A stretch of 64,000 bases of DNA from the human T2T-CHM13v2.0 reference genome, Homo sapiens. The position numbers and the translations under genes were made by a program. Positions 1-14,530 of this stretch are shown in pieces; positions within the stretch are counted from its first letter, which is position 1, and each line of letters begins with the position of its first letter. The stretch lies in the NCBI RefSeq assembly GCF_009914755.1, contig NC_060932.1. One strand, written 5' to 3'. The notes beneath the pieces are model-generated. The model had not been told where the DNA came from. It worked only from the letters and a program-made list of their open reading frames with translations, and did no database searches.

Positions 1-66
1 TTACTGCCAAGGACTGAAGAGTGGTTTCCTATTTAAACATCCACTACCTTTTCTGAAAAACTGGAC

Positions 67-371
67 TTTATTTTATATTTTAATTTATTTATGGTTTAAG
101 AGACAGGGTTTCTTTCAGTCATGCAGGCTGGAGTGCAGTGGCATGACCATAGCTCACTGTAACCACAAACTCCTGGGCTCAAGTAATCTTCCCACCTCAT
201 TCTCCTGAGTAGCTGGAACTACAGGCGGGTGCTACTATGCTCAGCTAATTAAAAAAATTTGGGGGGATAGAGGTCAGGTCTCGCTATGTTGCCCAGGCTG
301 GTCTCAGGAAATCCTCCTGTCTTGGGCTCCCAAAGCACTGGGATTACAGGCATGAACCACCGTGCCTGGCC
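67..371 (-). mobile_element. AluJ SINE
   Basis: Reverse-complement Alu dimer ending ...cgtgcctggcc; J-type motifs (catagctcactg, ctcctgggctcaag); decayed T-rich tail. Confidence 0.93.
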
Positions 372-761
372 AGCTTTATTATTATTTTTAGAGTAGTTTT
401 AGCTCCAGAGCAGTTTTTAGCTTTAGATTACGCCCAAAGTGAGAGTTGGCTGAAATGCAGGCTATGTCAGTTTGGAGAGATGATAGGGACCTGGGCAAGG
501 CTGGGGGCACCTCTGTAGATCTGGAATTGTGCTAGACTTGGAACCTAGGGGTCTTGGCTGTGGAAAGCTATTTGGCAAGCAGTTCCAGGGAGGCCACCCT
601 ACTTGTAGTCTGTTTACAAAACAAAGACTAGGATGGAGATTATGAGTAAAGAGGAATGGAAAAGTAACAGGATCACTAAACGCATTGCCAGATTCAGAAT
701 TTTGTCTAGGGATTTCACTGTTTACAAATGCAGACAACATTACATGTCTACCACGTGGTTG

Positions 762-1066
762 GTTAGAGGTCACAGAATGGTCTTGTGGACTAAATTTGGT
801 AAGAATTCAGTTATGTGTTCCCAGTGATTTAAGAAAGGGAATATTTAAACATTAAAAAAGTCAACATTTAAAAATTGAGATCTTTCAAATTAACATTTGT
901 GTTTGTAGTTTGTCTTGACAAGGTGTAACACCTGGCAGAACTTGACCTTCATCCCCATGTGACAGTGACTAGCAGAGCTGAGTAGCCTCTGACCTCTTCA
1001 GACAGGGCATGAATGCTCCTCATTTATGCTATCTGGCTTGTATCAGGGTTGGGATTTACCAACCTC
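762..1066 (+). mobile_element. MER102-like hAT-Charlie DNA transposon remnant
   Basis: Motifs caacatttaaaaattgaga, agagctgagtagc, agacagggcatg resemble recalled MER102 consensus; heavily diverged. Confidence 0.6.
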
Positions 1067-1571
<505 letters not shown>

Positions 1572-1621
1572 GAAAAATGGTTGTATTTTGTATTTCAAGT
1601 TGGAATTCTCTTAAAGCTGTA

Positions 1622-2076
1622 TGTATTATAGTTTTCCATTGCTGCTGTAATCTATCACCATAAACTTAATGGCTTAAAGCAACACAGTCAGTTGTCTTAC
1701 AGTTCTGAAAGTCAGAAGTCTAAAACGTGTCTGACGGGCTGTGTTCCTCCTGGAAGCTCCAGGAGAGAATCCTTTCTTTCTTTTCCAGCTTCTAGAGGTC
1801 ACAGCACTCCTTGGGTCCTGGTCCCTTCCTCCACCTCCAGAGAGCATCAATCCAACTCTGCTTTCATTGTCCCAGCTCTTGCCTTTGACTCTCCTGCTTC
1901 AACTCTTATAAGGACCCCTTGATTACATTGGGGTTACCTGAATAATCTGGGATAATCTTCCTATTGCAAGATCCTTAGTAACATTAGCAATTTTCTTCAA
2001 TGTAAGCTAACAAATTAATAGATTTTAGAGATTATGGTGTGGACAGCTTTGGATAGCCATTAATTGGCTTACCACA
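1622..2076 (-). mobile_element. MLT1D/E-type MaLR solo LTR
   Basis: tgtatt...gctgctgtaa...ggcttaaagcaacac start, ...ttaccaca end, typical MLT1 internal motifs. Confidence 0.85.
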
Positions 2077-2166
2077 CCATACTAGCAATGGGAATTCAAC
2101 TTTGACCCATTTCTACACAAATAGGGTCACTTAAAAGTATCGTAAACCACTAGGTAAATTACTTAC

Positions 2167-2234
2167 ATATCCTCTACTGGTACCAAGACATTTATTTAAA
2201 GAAGCATTTAACATAATATAAATGAAATAGATGC
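2167..2234 (-). other. candidate 68-nt exon (unvalidated)
   Basis: Minus strand: atcatcttccttag|G acceptor and TAT|gtaagt donor in unique sequence; one frame open. Confidence 0.2.
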
Positions 2235-3514
2235 CTAAGGAAGATGATTATAATCAAAAGAGGACCTTAGCAAGTTATCTTTATTTGAATCCAAAATATG
2301 TTGCATTCTTCATTTCCATGGCAGATATAAATGAAACCATGTTCTGCAGAAGATAAGAGTTCTATAATCAGAAATCAACATCTGCAGATTTTATGACATT
2401 GCACCTGCATGTTTTGAAGTGAACACAAAAATACCAAGCACATATCAGAGGCTATCTTTAAACACTAATAATTTTGCTTTTTCAAGACAAAATATCTTAA
2501 ATATAACTGTTATTCCTATTAAAGTCTTTGGAGACATGCCAAGTCTGCAGATTTAAATGAAACTACTTTTTCCTTCTACTCAAATAGCTCCTCTGTTAAA
2601 TGAAACTTCCACAAAAGAGTTTTTATTACCAGCTATGAAAAATTTAAGCTTACAAATACACTTTGAAAAAAGTATGACAAAGATAAGAATAAACTTGTCT
2701 TTTCAAAGGTGTAATCCTTGGTTTTATGCTAATTAAGGTTGTATTTTTCTGTGCAAAGAACTGTAGATTTAAATCATTACTATTACAAAGTAACTCAGAA
2801 AAAAAGAATTGTAGTTTGAATTATCAGAATGTTTCTCTCTTCCTCGGTACTTCCATTTGTTAATCACATTTTGGTGTATGCATTCAAGATTGTTGTATAG
2901 TCTACAAAAGGGTCTTCTCCTTTTAAACAAATTTGAAAATGGAATAATGGTCTTCAATTACTGATAAAAAAAAAAGGCAAGACCACATTTTTTACAATGT
3001 CCTCTTGGTTTATGATTCTTACTATTTATGGAAGTTTTATATATGTGAGTTTGGATCAGATAGAGTTTTAGGATTATTAAGTGTTTTCCTCTTTCAGTGA
3101 CACGTTATCCTAAATATTTAAAATCAGATAATCTAGCGGTTGAACAGTCTAGCTTTAGTCATGAGTTAGGAAGTATTATATTGCATTCACGTTGAAAAAT
3201 ATATTGTAGAACACTTGCTTTTTTTTCCCCCTTTCTCCTCGGATAAGTCAATGCTGATTTTCTATTTGGAAGATACTGTTTTCCATCTTTGTGGCAGAGA
3301 TAAAAGTACAGATGAAAGATAGTGGCAAAAACACCTGGTCTGTGTAAGAACAAGTATCCTCTACATTCTAATCTGCATAGTGAAAAAACAGAGGTGTTTT
3401 TCAAAATAAGTAAATAAAGTCAAGAAAACTAAAGTGAATTTTCTTCCCCTTTTTAAACAAATTTTATTCTTGTAAGTAGGTAGAGAGTAGATTGTAAAAA
3501 GTATAAATATAAAT

Positions 3515-3642
3515 TAATTCAGGAAAAAAATCAACATCTTTATAATATTATCCTCCCAAGTGGACACATATTTCCCTCCAGTTATTTAAGTTTATTCTAC
3601 ATATGTCTGTAAAATTCAATTATTTTCTTCATATAGGTTCTT
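3515..3642 (-). mobile_element. old L1M ORF2 fragment
   Basis: catctttataatatt...ttatttaag...ttttcttcatataggttc resembles antisense L1M ORF2. Confidence 0.55.
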
Positions 3643-3811
3643 TCCTTTTCTCCTAAATAGAAACAAGTAAGTATGAGAGTGGGGCCATTTGTTCAGAGCG
3701 GTCCTTTTTTTAAATTTTTCTTTATTACACAACAGGTTTAATGTAGCATTTCCAAATTAAAGTAAGATGGTACTGGAATTTGGAATTATTTAAAAATTAA
3801 AAACGTAAAAA

Positions 3812-4087
3812 ACCTTTTAGGTTCAGCAGTACATGTGCAGGTTTATTATATGGGTAAATTTTGTGTCACGGGGGTTTGGTATACAGATTATTTCATCATC
3901 AAGGGAATAAGCATACCTATAGGTAGTTTTTCTAGCCTCACCCTTCTCCCATCCTCCACCCTCAAGTAGATCCTGGTGTCTGTTGTTCCCATCTTTATAT
4001 GTGTACTTAATGTTTAGCTCCCACAAGTGAGAACATGCGGTATTTGGTTTTCTGTTCCTGAGTTAGTTTGCTTGGGATAGTGGCCTC
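3812..4087 (-). mobile_element. L1PA13-16-type LINE-1 3' UTR fragment
   Basis: tacatgtgcaggttt...acagattatttcatca...gtgagaacatgcggtatttggttttctgttcc. Confidence 0.9.
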
Positions 4088-4499
4088 AGTACTTCGACTG
4101 CAGGGATATTCCTTGACAGCAATTTGTGTATTTGAAACATTTCTTGTGATTTGTTTTTAAATTTATAATCTTCTTGTAATTTTTGTGCATTTCTTATTTT
4201 TGTTCCTTAAAGATGAGACATTTGGGCTAGTAAAAGCTCAATTGTGCCTCAGTTCAAATATTTGTTTTAGTGCAAATAGGAAGTCATTAACAATTATCAT
4301 ACACGGACTTTGTCTAACAGATGAAAAGCAAAACATTTGTGCTAGTTTTATGGCAATAATTTTATTTTTATTATTTAACAAAGCATATTCTGTTCTAGTG
4401 ATTTCCCTTTCATTTTTGTATTTTTTTTGGTTAGGGGGTAGTGTTCCTACTGGGGAGAAGTAGGAGAGAAGGTCTAGAAAGGGGGTCTGGGAATAGATC

Positions 4500-5470
<971 letters not shown>

Positions 5471-5489
5471 TTAAATGTGTTCAATCCAC

Positions 5490-5710
5490 ATTCATGTTAA
5501 TGTCTTCATATTGCTTATCAATGTCTGAAATTGCATCGTTCACAATATGCTTACTTATCTATGATGTGTTTCTTTAGACTACAAGCTCTATGTAACCTCA
5601 GACTCTGCCCATGTTGCTCATTACTGCACCTCCAGCCCATGGAACAGTGCCTGGCACATGTCAGGTGATGAAAATGCATCTATTGCATGGACAAATGAGT
5701 TACTGAATGA
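5490..5710 (+). mobile_element. L2 3' end
   Basis: tagactacaagctc...aacagtgcctggcacat...tgaatga. Confidence 0.75.
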
Positions 5711-5858
5711 GGATATAAAGTTTTTGAAATATTCAGATCTTCAAATAACCTCAGTATGACCCTAGATAATTCACCTAGTCAAGGACAAATATTTCATCAG
5801 ACAGCACATTTCAGATACATATGTATTTCACTTTTTAGTTTTTTTTTTTTTTTTTCAG

Positions 5859-6075
5859 ACTGCATTCTGACCTTGTATGTTGGTGTGTGGCTCTTCAGAC
5901 GTGACTGGAGTTGACTTGGTTTTGAGAGATTTCTCTTCACCTTTGTTTTCTTCCTTTGAGAAAAAACATAGAGATTGTATGTGATGAATTTACATAAAAA
6001 TGAAGTTGAATGTAAAACATAACACCATTTTCCACTTAATTGTCAATCAGATCATTAAAATTGACTGTTTATGAT
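5859..6075 (+). other. candidate terminal exon (unvalidated)
   Basis: Long T tract + cag acceptor at 5856-5858, then unique sequence and ATTAAA at 6054-6059. Confidence 0.2.
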
Positions 6076-6469
6076 GTACTAAAAATGATTCTTGCATTTA
6101 AAATGGGCATTCTTGGCCTACTATTGAATAATCAACCTCAGCCTCCACAGCTGCCCTCTGGTTTTTTCAGTGTGGATTCTGTGTTTCTCTTGTTCACATT
6201 CCTTCAATTGTGGACTTTACTTGCCATAGGCCTAGCATTAGTCTAGGTCTTTAGTGGTAGAACTTAAAATAGTGGAGAGAAGGCAGTTTGGTCCCATTCA
6301 CACAAAGCTCCCTTTCTTCTCTCCATGATTTCATGTGCTTCTGCCTCATCATTTGTCTGATCATCTAAGCTTTCCTTTGAAATGCCGTTATGTCCCACTA
6401 GACATGGCCAGTGTGTGCCTCAGGATGTTCCTACAGGGGCAGAGTGAAACAAGATATGAGGTTAGAACA

Positions 6470-6920
6470 TAAAGATTGACTCCCAAGCTATGCACAGTCT
6501 AGAAGGGGAAACAAACACACAAAAATGTTAAGTGCAAGAAAATGTAGGTGACGAATCAATGTCTGTAGAGGATTAGGATGGGGCATAAACAGGAAGTGGT
6601 CAATTCTACTGGAGTAGAAGGGAAAGAAAGGAAACTATTCCAAAGAAAGTGACTCTTGACTTTATAAAGATAAGATTTTTGTTTTCCACATGGAGAGGAC
6701 TTAGAAAATATTCCAGGCAGATGATGCAGGTTTAGCAAAAGCCAAAGGCGTGACTGTACATAGGTGGGGAGAGACTACAGTAGGAGTGGTTGGATGGGAC
6801 AAAGGGTGAGTAGATGAGGCTTGAGAGTAGGCAGGGACCAGAAGGACACTGAGAGTCTTGTGTGCCTGCTATAGAGTTTTGACATTATTTATAAGCCTTG
6901 TGTTTCATAGAAGCATTTTA
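6470..6920 (-). mobile_element. L2 fragment
   Basis: cacagtctagaagggg...attccaggcag...agcaaaagccaaagg...tgtgcctgctatagagtttt. Confidence 0.65.
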
Positions 6921-7495
6921 AACTAAAAAATAAATTAATTGGCTGATTTTCACTTAAGCCTCACAATAACCATATACATTAGGCAAGGCAGCTATTATTA
7001 TTAATATTATTATATTATTGAATATGAAATTGATTGAGTGGCTAGTTTATATGAACGTAGCTAGAAAGGTATAAGTCCAGGACTATTTATAAACAGTGAA
7101 AAAGCCTTCTGACTTCAATCAAGTCCTTTTGCATCGTTATGATGTTATTCATAAATATTTATATCATAGTCTTTATGTGTATACAAATGTAGATTTATGT
7201 GAAGAGTGTCTTCTTCTGGGGTAAGAGAGAGTTTGGATTAGACTGATTTGCAGTTCTTAAATTATTGTTTATTGATAGGTGAGAATTACCCATGACATTT
7301 TGGTGTGTAAATGCGCTCTTTAAATGACTCTTTAAAAAACACAACATACATTGATATATTTATTCCTAGATATTTGCTTATAAGACTCTAATCATTTATT
7401 CATAGTTCAGAGGCTTATTGTTTAAATGCCATTTTGAAAGGTCGAATTCCGTGAAAGAAAACAGGATTTTAACTTTCTGTCATTTTTAACATTTA

Positions 7496-8130
<635 letters not shown>

Positions 8131-8149
8131 CTAATATCCCTCCTGTTTT

Positions 8150-8345
8150 GAGCAGTATAGCCTAGTGATTTAGCTCTCAGGTGCTGAATTCAGATAGGAC
8201 TTGGTTCCAATCCAGGCTCTGCCATTTGCTAGCTATGTGTAAGGAGCAAATTGTAATAGGACCTGTGACTGTTGTGAGGATTAAATACAGTAGCCCTAGA
8301 AAAGGGCTTAGCACCTTGCTTGGCAAATAGTAATTGCTGTTAGTT
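8150..8345 (+). mobile_element. MIR SINE
   Basis: ttccaatccaggctctgccatttgctagctatgtg...gttgtgaggattaaat. Confidence 0.8.
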
Positions 8346-9107
8346 ACAATGTTCTCCAAGAGAATAATATATTAGCTATTAACTGTTTTTATGTGCTCCC
8401 TTGGAAAATAATCACAGTAGGCAAGGGTTAAAGATGGATGTAGTGACTTTCCCAGAGCAAAACACAGCAAGACTAGCTGAAGGAAAGTACCAGCTCAATA
8501 TTTGTGACATTGTATGAGTTCTTAAACATATAGATAACTTAGTGTGGGATTATTTATTTTGACATAAGAATTAGAAAGAAGTCAAGGGCACTCTCTCGAA
8601 GCAATACTAACACAATCCTCCTCATCTCCTCTCTACTGCAAAGCAGTCAACATTAATCAGAAAAGGAAGGCAGATTTTCCACGGCCCATGTTAAATAGTC
8701 TCAGTGTTGTCTATCCTCTAGGCTCATTTAAACCCGAACCATTGGACTATGCTCCCCTAGTCCCTGAGGAGCACTCCTGCTTGTACTTGTCATCTCTCAT
8801 CCAGCTGTTTCAGATGGCAAAATAACTACTGCTCTAAAAATCTTCTGTAGCTCTTTTAGATAATTCTAGTGAGTAATTCACGAAAATTATTCTGTGGATA
8901 GTTCTAAGTAAATATTGCTCTTGTAATGATCACTTAGGACTTAAACCTGTCACAGAAACACAAATTCTTATTAATAATAATAATAGCCACTTGTAAAGTA
9001 CCTACCATGTGCTTTATATATTACTGTCTCTAGTTCTCATAACAAAGCAGAAATTATCATATACATTTTGCAGAAAAATATATTTAGAACTTGTGAAAAG
9101 ACTTGTT

Positions 9108-9325
9108 TAAAATTCCTCCACCTTGGCAGTATTAAAATTTTGTAGTGTATAATTCTACGTTGTGGAGGGCTGTCCTGTACATGATAGGATGTTGAGCAGC
9201 ATCTGCAGACTTTACCCACTGGATGCCAGTAACATCCCCACCCCGGAGCTATGACAACTGAAAGTGTCCCCAGATTTGCCAAATGTCCCTTGAGTGGTAA
9301 AATCGCTCTCAATTGAGAGCCAATA
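9108..9325 (-). mobile_element. MER20 hAT-Charlie element
   Basis: gggctgtcctgtacatgataggatgttgagcagcatc...cccactggatgccagt...gccaaatgtccc...ttgagagcca. Confidence 0.88.
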
Positions 9326-9652
9326 GGTTTCCTATTGCTCTAGAGATTTATTGTTAACATGTGGTTTATGAAGACCAGGATACTTGATGTTCTTTGTTGA
9401 AACTCAATCAAGTAACCAATTTAATATTTGAGAAATGGTTTCATTTTGGATGATGGTAGAAGTGAAAATCAGCAATGAGAAGTCTTACTTGGCTTTTCCA
9501 AATCCTAGTATAGTCTCCTAAACATTTATTATTCTTTTTATGAACAAATACATACAGAATATATAAATTAATGAAGATAAGCCCGACACAGTACATGTAC
9601 CAGATGGTGCCAGGTAAAACTACTAAACAATCATATATCGTAGCAGTGATTA

Positions 9653-9877
<225 letters not shown>

Positions 9878-12299
9878 TTATGACTGTGCCTTAAGGTAGA
9901 GAAATGTACTTTGTTTTCCTTTTCTTTAGTAGACAAGCCAATTAGCTGTTTAATCAGGATTTTGTTCTGGTTAATTCCTACAGGCAACTCCTTAGCTAGT
10001 CAGGGCTTTGGCTTAAAAGCAGCAAAATACTTCTGCTTGGGTGATTTGCACTCTGTTTATGAACTTTAGGGAGTCAAAATGATCTTGTGAATAATTTAGA
10101 AGTAGAGGATTAAACACAGCTTCATAGTTGATTTGAATGGTTTAAATGTGATCACACAACACATTGTTTTCTTTCTTTTTTTTTCCTTCTAATTACCCAC
10201 CTACTTATCTTTATCTGTCTAACTTTATGCAAAGTAATATGGAAATGATTAAAAAAAATCCATGAGGGCTTATGATATGAAGCAACTCATTCACTCCTCA
10301 AAATCCCCTTCTCTGGTCCTGCAATGTTAGGCCACTATTTTTAAGCTTTCTTTTTCTGTTCTTCTGGTGGTTGATTTCCACATGGCTAAACAAAAAAAAA
10401 TCTGCTTATTCTACTCTGCCTCTGTGTGTGTGTGTGTCAATTTTGACCCCAAACCTGTGTGAGGCAAAGATACAAGACTAAGATTTGTTAAAGAGAACTT
10501 TTTTTTCCCCTTTGCCCGGAGCCCAGACAAAGTTGATGTTCTATGCTGTTGGATGAGATTTTTTAGTGCACCAAAGACGCATGATTTTTTTTAAAGGGGT
10601 TCTGTTTTTGTTTTTGTTTTTAATGAGAGCACTTATCTTCTGCAGTTTCAAATTAAAACCAAAGCCTTTATGCAACAAGGTACACACCCACACCCAGGGC
10701 AGCCTAAGTCAACCCATCAAATACTTCTTGCCCTCTGTATTTTTGCAATCTGGAAATTTCCTTGAGATACTAGTTATGTATTTTAAGATACGTTTATTAC
10801 AGTTAATACAGAAAAAAGCCTTTAAGTATTTATGAAGAAAGCATTTTAATTTAGATTTCATATTACCAAAATCGCAGTTCCCTTATGGATTTTTAAAATA
10901 AATTAGAAGTTTTAATTTTAGATTCAACCATTTTATCAAAAATAAACTTACCTAATAAATAACGTAATTGAATACATGATTTGACTTATATGGCCTGGAA
11001 ACACAAAGCTATTTATTTTTGTTAAAAAATGGTGGGGGGTGTTTTGGTTCCATTATTGCTTCAGAAATAATTCTGAATAGATTATCAAATATGTATAGGG
11101 CCATTTTAGGAACTTTTCAGATAATCCTGTAATCCTGTAATTGATTACATTTTGAACTTTGGGTATAAGCATAGAAGCTAAGCCAAAGGAAGGGAAGGTG
11201 TTAACAGCCAGCCTGTGACTAATTTTTTCCCTTCCTAAGACCTGCAGAGGAAAAAATGACCTCACCAGACTTTCGTATAAATCTCATAGTATTTATCAGT
11301 GGAAAGATACCAGGGAGTCCCTATTTATGAAACTTTTTTAGCAGGACATTTCTGGTCTGTCTAGATTGCTTATTGTAAATAAGCCTGGAATTTAGCAGGC
11401 TGGCTGGAGAATGGAGAGAGAGGTGCTATGTAAGCTCTGTAAGAGAATGTGGAACGAAGATGTCCCCAAACCAAACTGCCTTCTTTTTGTGAGAAATGTT
11501 TTTGCAGACAATGCTCAAAAATTACTTGTAAATGCAAAACCAAAATATGCCAACTGTAGGAGAAAAATGGTCTGTTTTGTTTGGATGCTGTGTCTGACAG
11601 TTTGGGGTTTTTCCCAAAATGAATGTTTTGTTTATTCCTGATGGCGGCTTGTAGCCAACGAATCATTAATAAAGTTTGGTGCTATGTAAGATCTGTGATT
11701 CTGGCTAGTCTGTTTTGACAATTTAACCCTTTAGATTTGTCACAGGTCAGAATAAATGGGATGGAGATATTATTAAATAATTCAAGCACCTTTAAAATGA
11801 TTTAAAATACCTCCAACAACCTGATTTTTGACAATAGAGTGGCATTAACATGGGCATTAAAATTATAAATGACTACTTTTATTTTGTCTAGATCAGAGGT
11901 CTCAAAGTTTGGAAAATGGACAACTAGAAAGAATTCTGGAATGAAGGACATGAATTTTGGATCATTCTTTTTCACTTTAGTAGCTCTGTGGACTAAAGTA
12001 AATCTCTTGCCTTAACCTGGAAATAACTAGGTTGGGAAAAAACAATGTTTGTTTTCTTCTGGTTTTAAATTCTGTGATTTGTGGTCTTCCACAGAGGAGC
12101 TCTTCTAATCAGCAAGAAGATAAGGGAAGAAGGAGGGTTGCTTATTCTGGGTGAAATGGCTTACTAGAATTTCACCAATAACAATTTAATTTTTTTGTAC
12201 CAAGTTGCCATATTGCTGAGGTAGTGTATGACAATGGGAATAAAAACAATTTTTCTTCAATATAACGGACTGTTTGTCTAACTGAAGCCCCTCAGCCAC

Positions 12300-12810
12300 T
12301 CCTCCTTCTCTACAGCATAAATGTATAAACTCCTTACCAGGACATTCCCGGCCTTATATCATTGACCTTTGCCTAACTCTAGTTTAATCTGTAACCCCGA
12401 CCTCTCTTTTGGCTCTTGCCATAATCAGTAATTTAAAATAGCTTGAACTTCTCTGCTTTTTCTTGCCTGTACCCATGTCTTTGCTCATGTGTACTGTTCC
12501 CCTGCCTGCAACGCTGTTCCACTTCTTGTCTATCTAGCTTAAGCTTGGTGTTTCCTTCTCCTACCGTTCCTCTCTTCTACCATGGACAGCTATACCTATA
12601 ATCCTGTCTTTTTGTTGCAATTGTATCTGTGCCATACAGAGATCTCTACTTTGTCACTTCTCATTTTACAGCCATGTCCAGGTCTATTTTCTCTATTAGA
12701 GCATAAGCTCCTGCAGGCAGAGACTATGCTTTGGCCACCTTCAGATTCCTGTGCCCAGCTCAGTGCTTGACATATTCTAGGTACTCCATGAATGTTTGTT
12801 GAATAAATAA
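12300..12810 (+). mobile_element. L2 3' portion
   Basis: ttgctcatg...tgcctgcaacgc...taagctcctgcaggcagagac...atgtttgttgaataaataa. Confidence 0.7.
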
Positions 12811-14214
12811 CAGGAAGAAGATGGTATAGACCATCTCTTAGTTCTAGATTAACAGTGAAGAGATTCTCTGTGGTAGATGCAGTGTGTAAGAGAAGTGGAA
12901 AAAATCTCCCTGGAAGAATGCAAATGTTGTAGCCTCATTGTTTTTTATTAGTAGCCATTGCAGGCTGAAGTTGGGATAGGCTGAGAGAAGCATGCATAAA
13001 ATAATGGTATGTTTTAAAACAAATGGTGTCTTAGATACCGTAGATGGTATACAGATGGCACATAGGAATATAACACGTAAAATACAAATCAGATGGTAAT
13101 AAAGCTATGCTAAAACAAAAAGATTATCATCATTAGCAAACAGTTCCATATTCTTGTTGTGACTAGTAATTTTATTTTCAGCAGAGCATTAGCCATCTTA
13201 CAGACAGCATTGTTTTAATCTTATTGATTTTTAAGTTTTATGTTAAATTTTCAAACAAGTTTTAGCTTTATGGTTCTATAAAAATTATAAGCAAATGAAG
13301 ATTATATCTAGTTTCAGGTTGGAACATATTTAAGTATTATTCTTATGAATTATTCAAATAGGATCTGTAATAAAGTTTTCACTTAATAGGAGTCAGGTTT
13401 GGGAAATGCTATCTTTCTTTGAGGGAATCTTTAATGATGGAATTTCAGACATTCCCACTGGGGGCAATTTTGAACGAGGAGGACTTTCTTCTGGTAATTC
13501 TCAAATCACAGTCTCCTCTGCTTCTGGACGGGGTCAAGGGTTGAAGACTTGTTTGTTTTTGGCAAATTATTGGAAACAAATTAAGGTTATAAAACCAACT
13601 AAGGTTATATTTTCCCCTATGTCTACTAGAAAGAAACATTTAGGCAATTTTCCAAGATCTTTCTGAATTAAGTTCAAGTAGTCTGAATATTATTTCAATA
13701 AGAGAAGAGCAACCACCGAGTATAAAGGGAATAGCTGGTTTACAGTAGATAACCTAAAACAGTAATTGAAGGGAAACTCCCAGAAGTTTTCCCCCATCTC
13801 AGGTTCAGGGCTGTGTATTTTTAGGAGAAGATAATAACCTGGTAACAAAACTGAACACTGACCAAGTTCTGAAAAATTAACTACGCTGAATATACTTAAT
13901 AAGGCAGGAAAACAGGTGAGTAAATTATGAGCTTTTTTAAAAAAAATTATAAGACTTTAGAGAAAAAAGTTACTAGCAATGTCTGGTTACCTGCGAACAA
14001 GGTTTAGGTGCTCATCTACAAAATGGAAGCTGGAATAACAGGCTAGATTACACAAGCCAAGGAATAAGATGACAGACAAAAATTCCCTGCTGTAAGTTAA
14101 ATTCTCAACAAATATTTGCCAATCAATTGAATAAAACAAATTGTGTTTTCTGAAGCACTCAAATTTAAAATACTCTGTATATTAAAGCATATAATTCTAT
14201 TGAGCAGTGAAGAT

Positions 14215-14530
14215 TTGGCTTCTTAGTGTGTGTCAGGTGCTCAGCTAGCTGCTGTGGGGTATACAGAGATGACCAAAATATGGCATCTGCCTGTGCACAC
14301 TCACCTTTTGGGACGGAAAGATGGAAGGTTTATAGACAATCTCAAGACAGCTTCCATAATGGCAGTGTGCGAGCCATGCCACCTAAGCAGAGAAGAGCAG
14401 GTGACCAAGTCTGCCTTTGTGTGAATGGACTGTAAAATGGGGAGTAAAGCTCTGCGGAGGAGCTAATGCTCATGACAGGTTTTGAAAGATGAGAGATATT
14501 CCAGGCAGATGTTGAAAGGTCCAGACATCA
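14215..14530 (-). mobile_element. L2 fragment
   Basis: tgtgtcaggtgc...ggggtatacagagatga...ttttgaaagatgag...ttccaggcaga. Confidence 0.55.

Noticed and set aside
9305-9320. Perfect 16-bp palindrome GCTCTCAATTGAGAGC (also 37384-37399; 8-bp stems at 1117-1136 and 42517-42533)
   Set aside because: One or two palindromes with 8-bp arms are expected by chance in 64 kb of AT-rich DNA.
12573-12593. REST/RE1-like site ACCATGGACAGC in L2
   Set aside because: The left half (TTCAGC) and 3' end do not match; too degenerate to call.
13406-13666. Gly-rich 86-aa ORF or possible exon
   Set aside because: Weak acceptor context and no recognisable homology.
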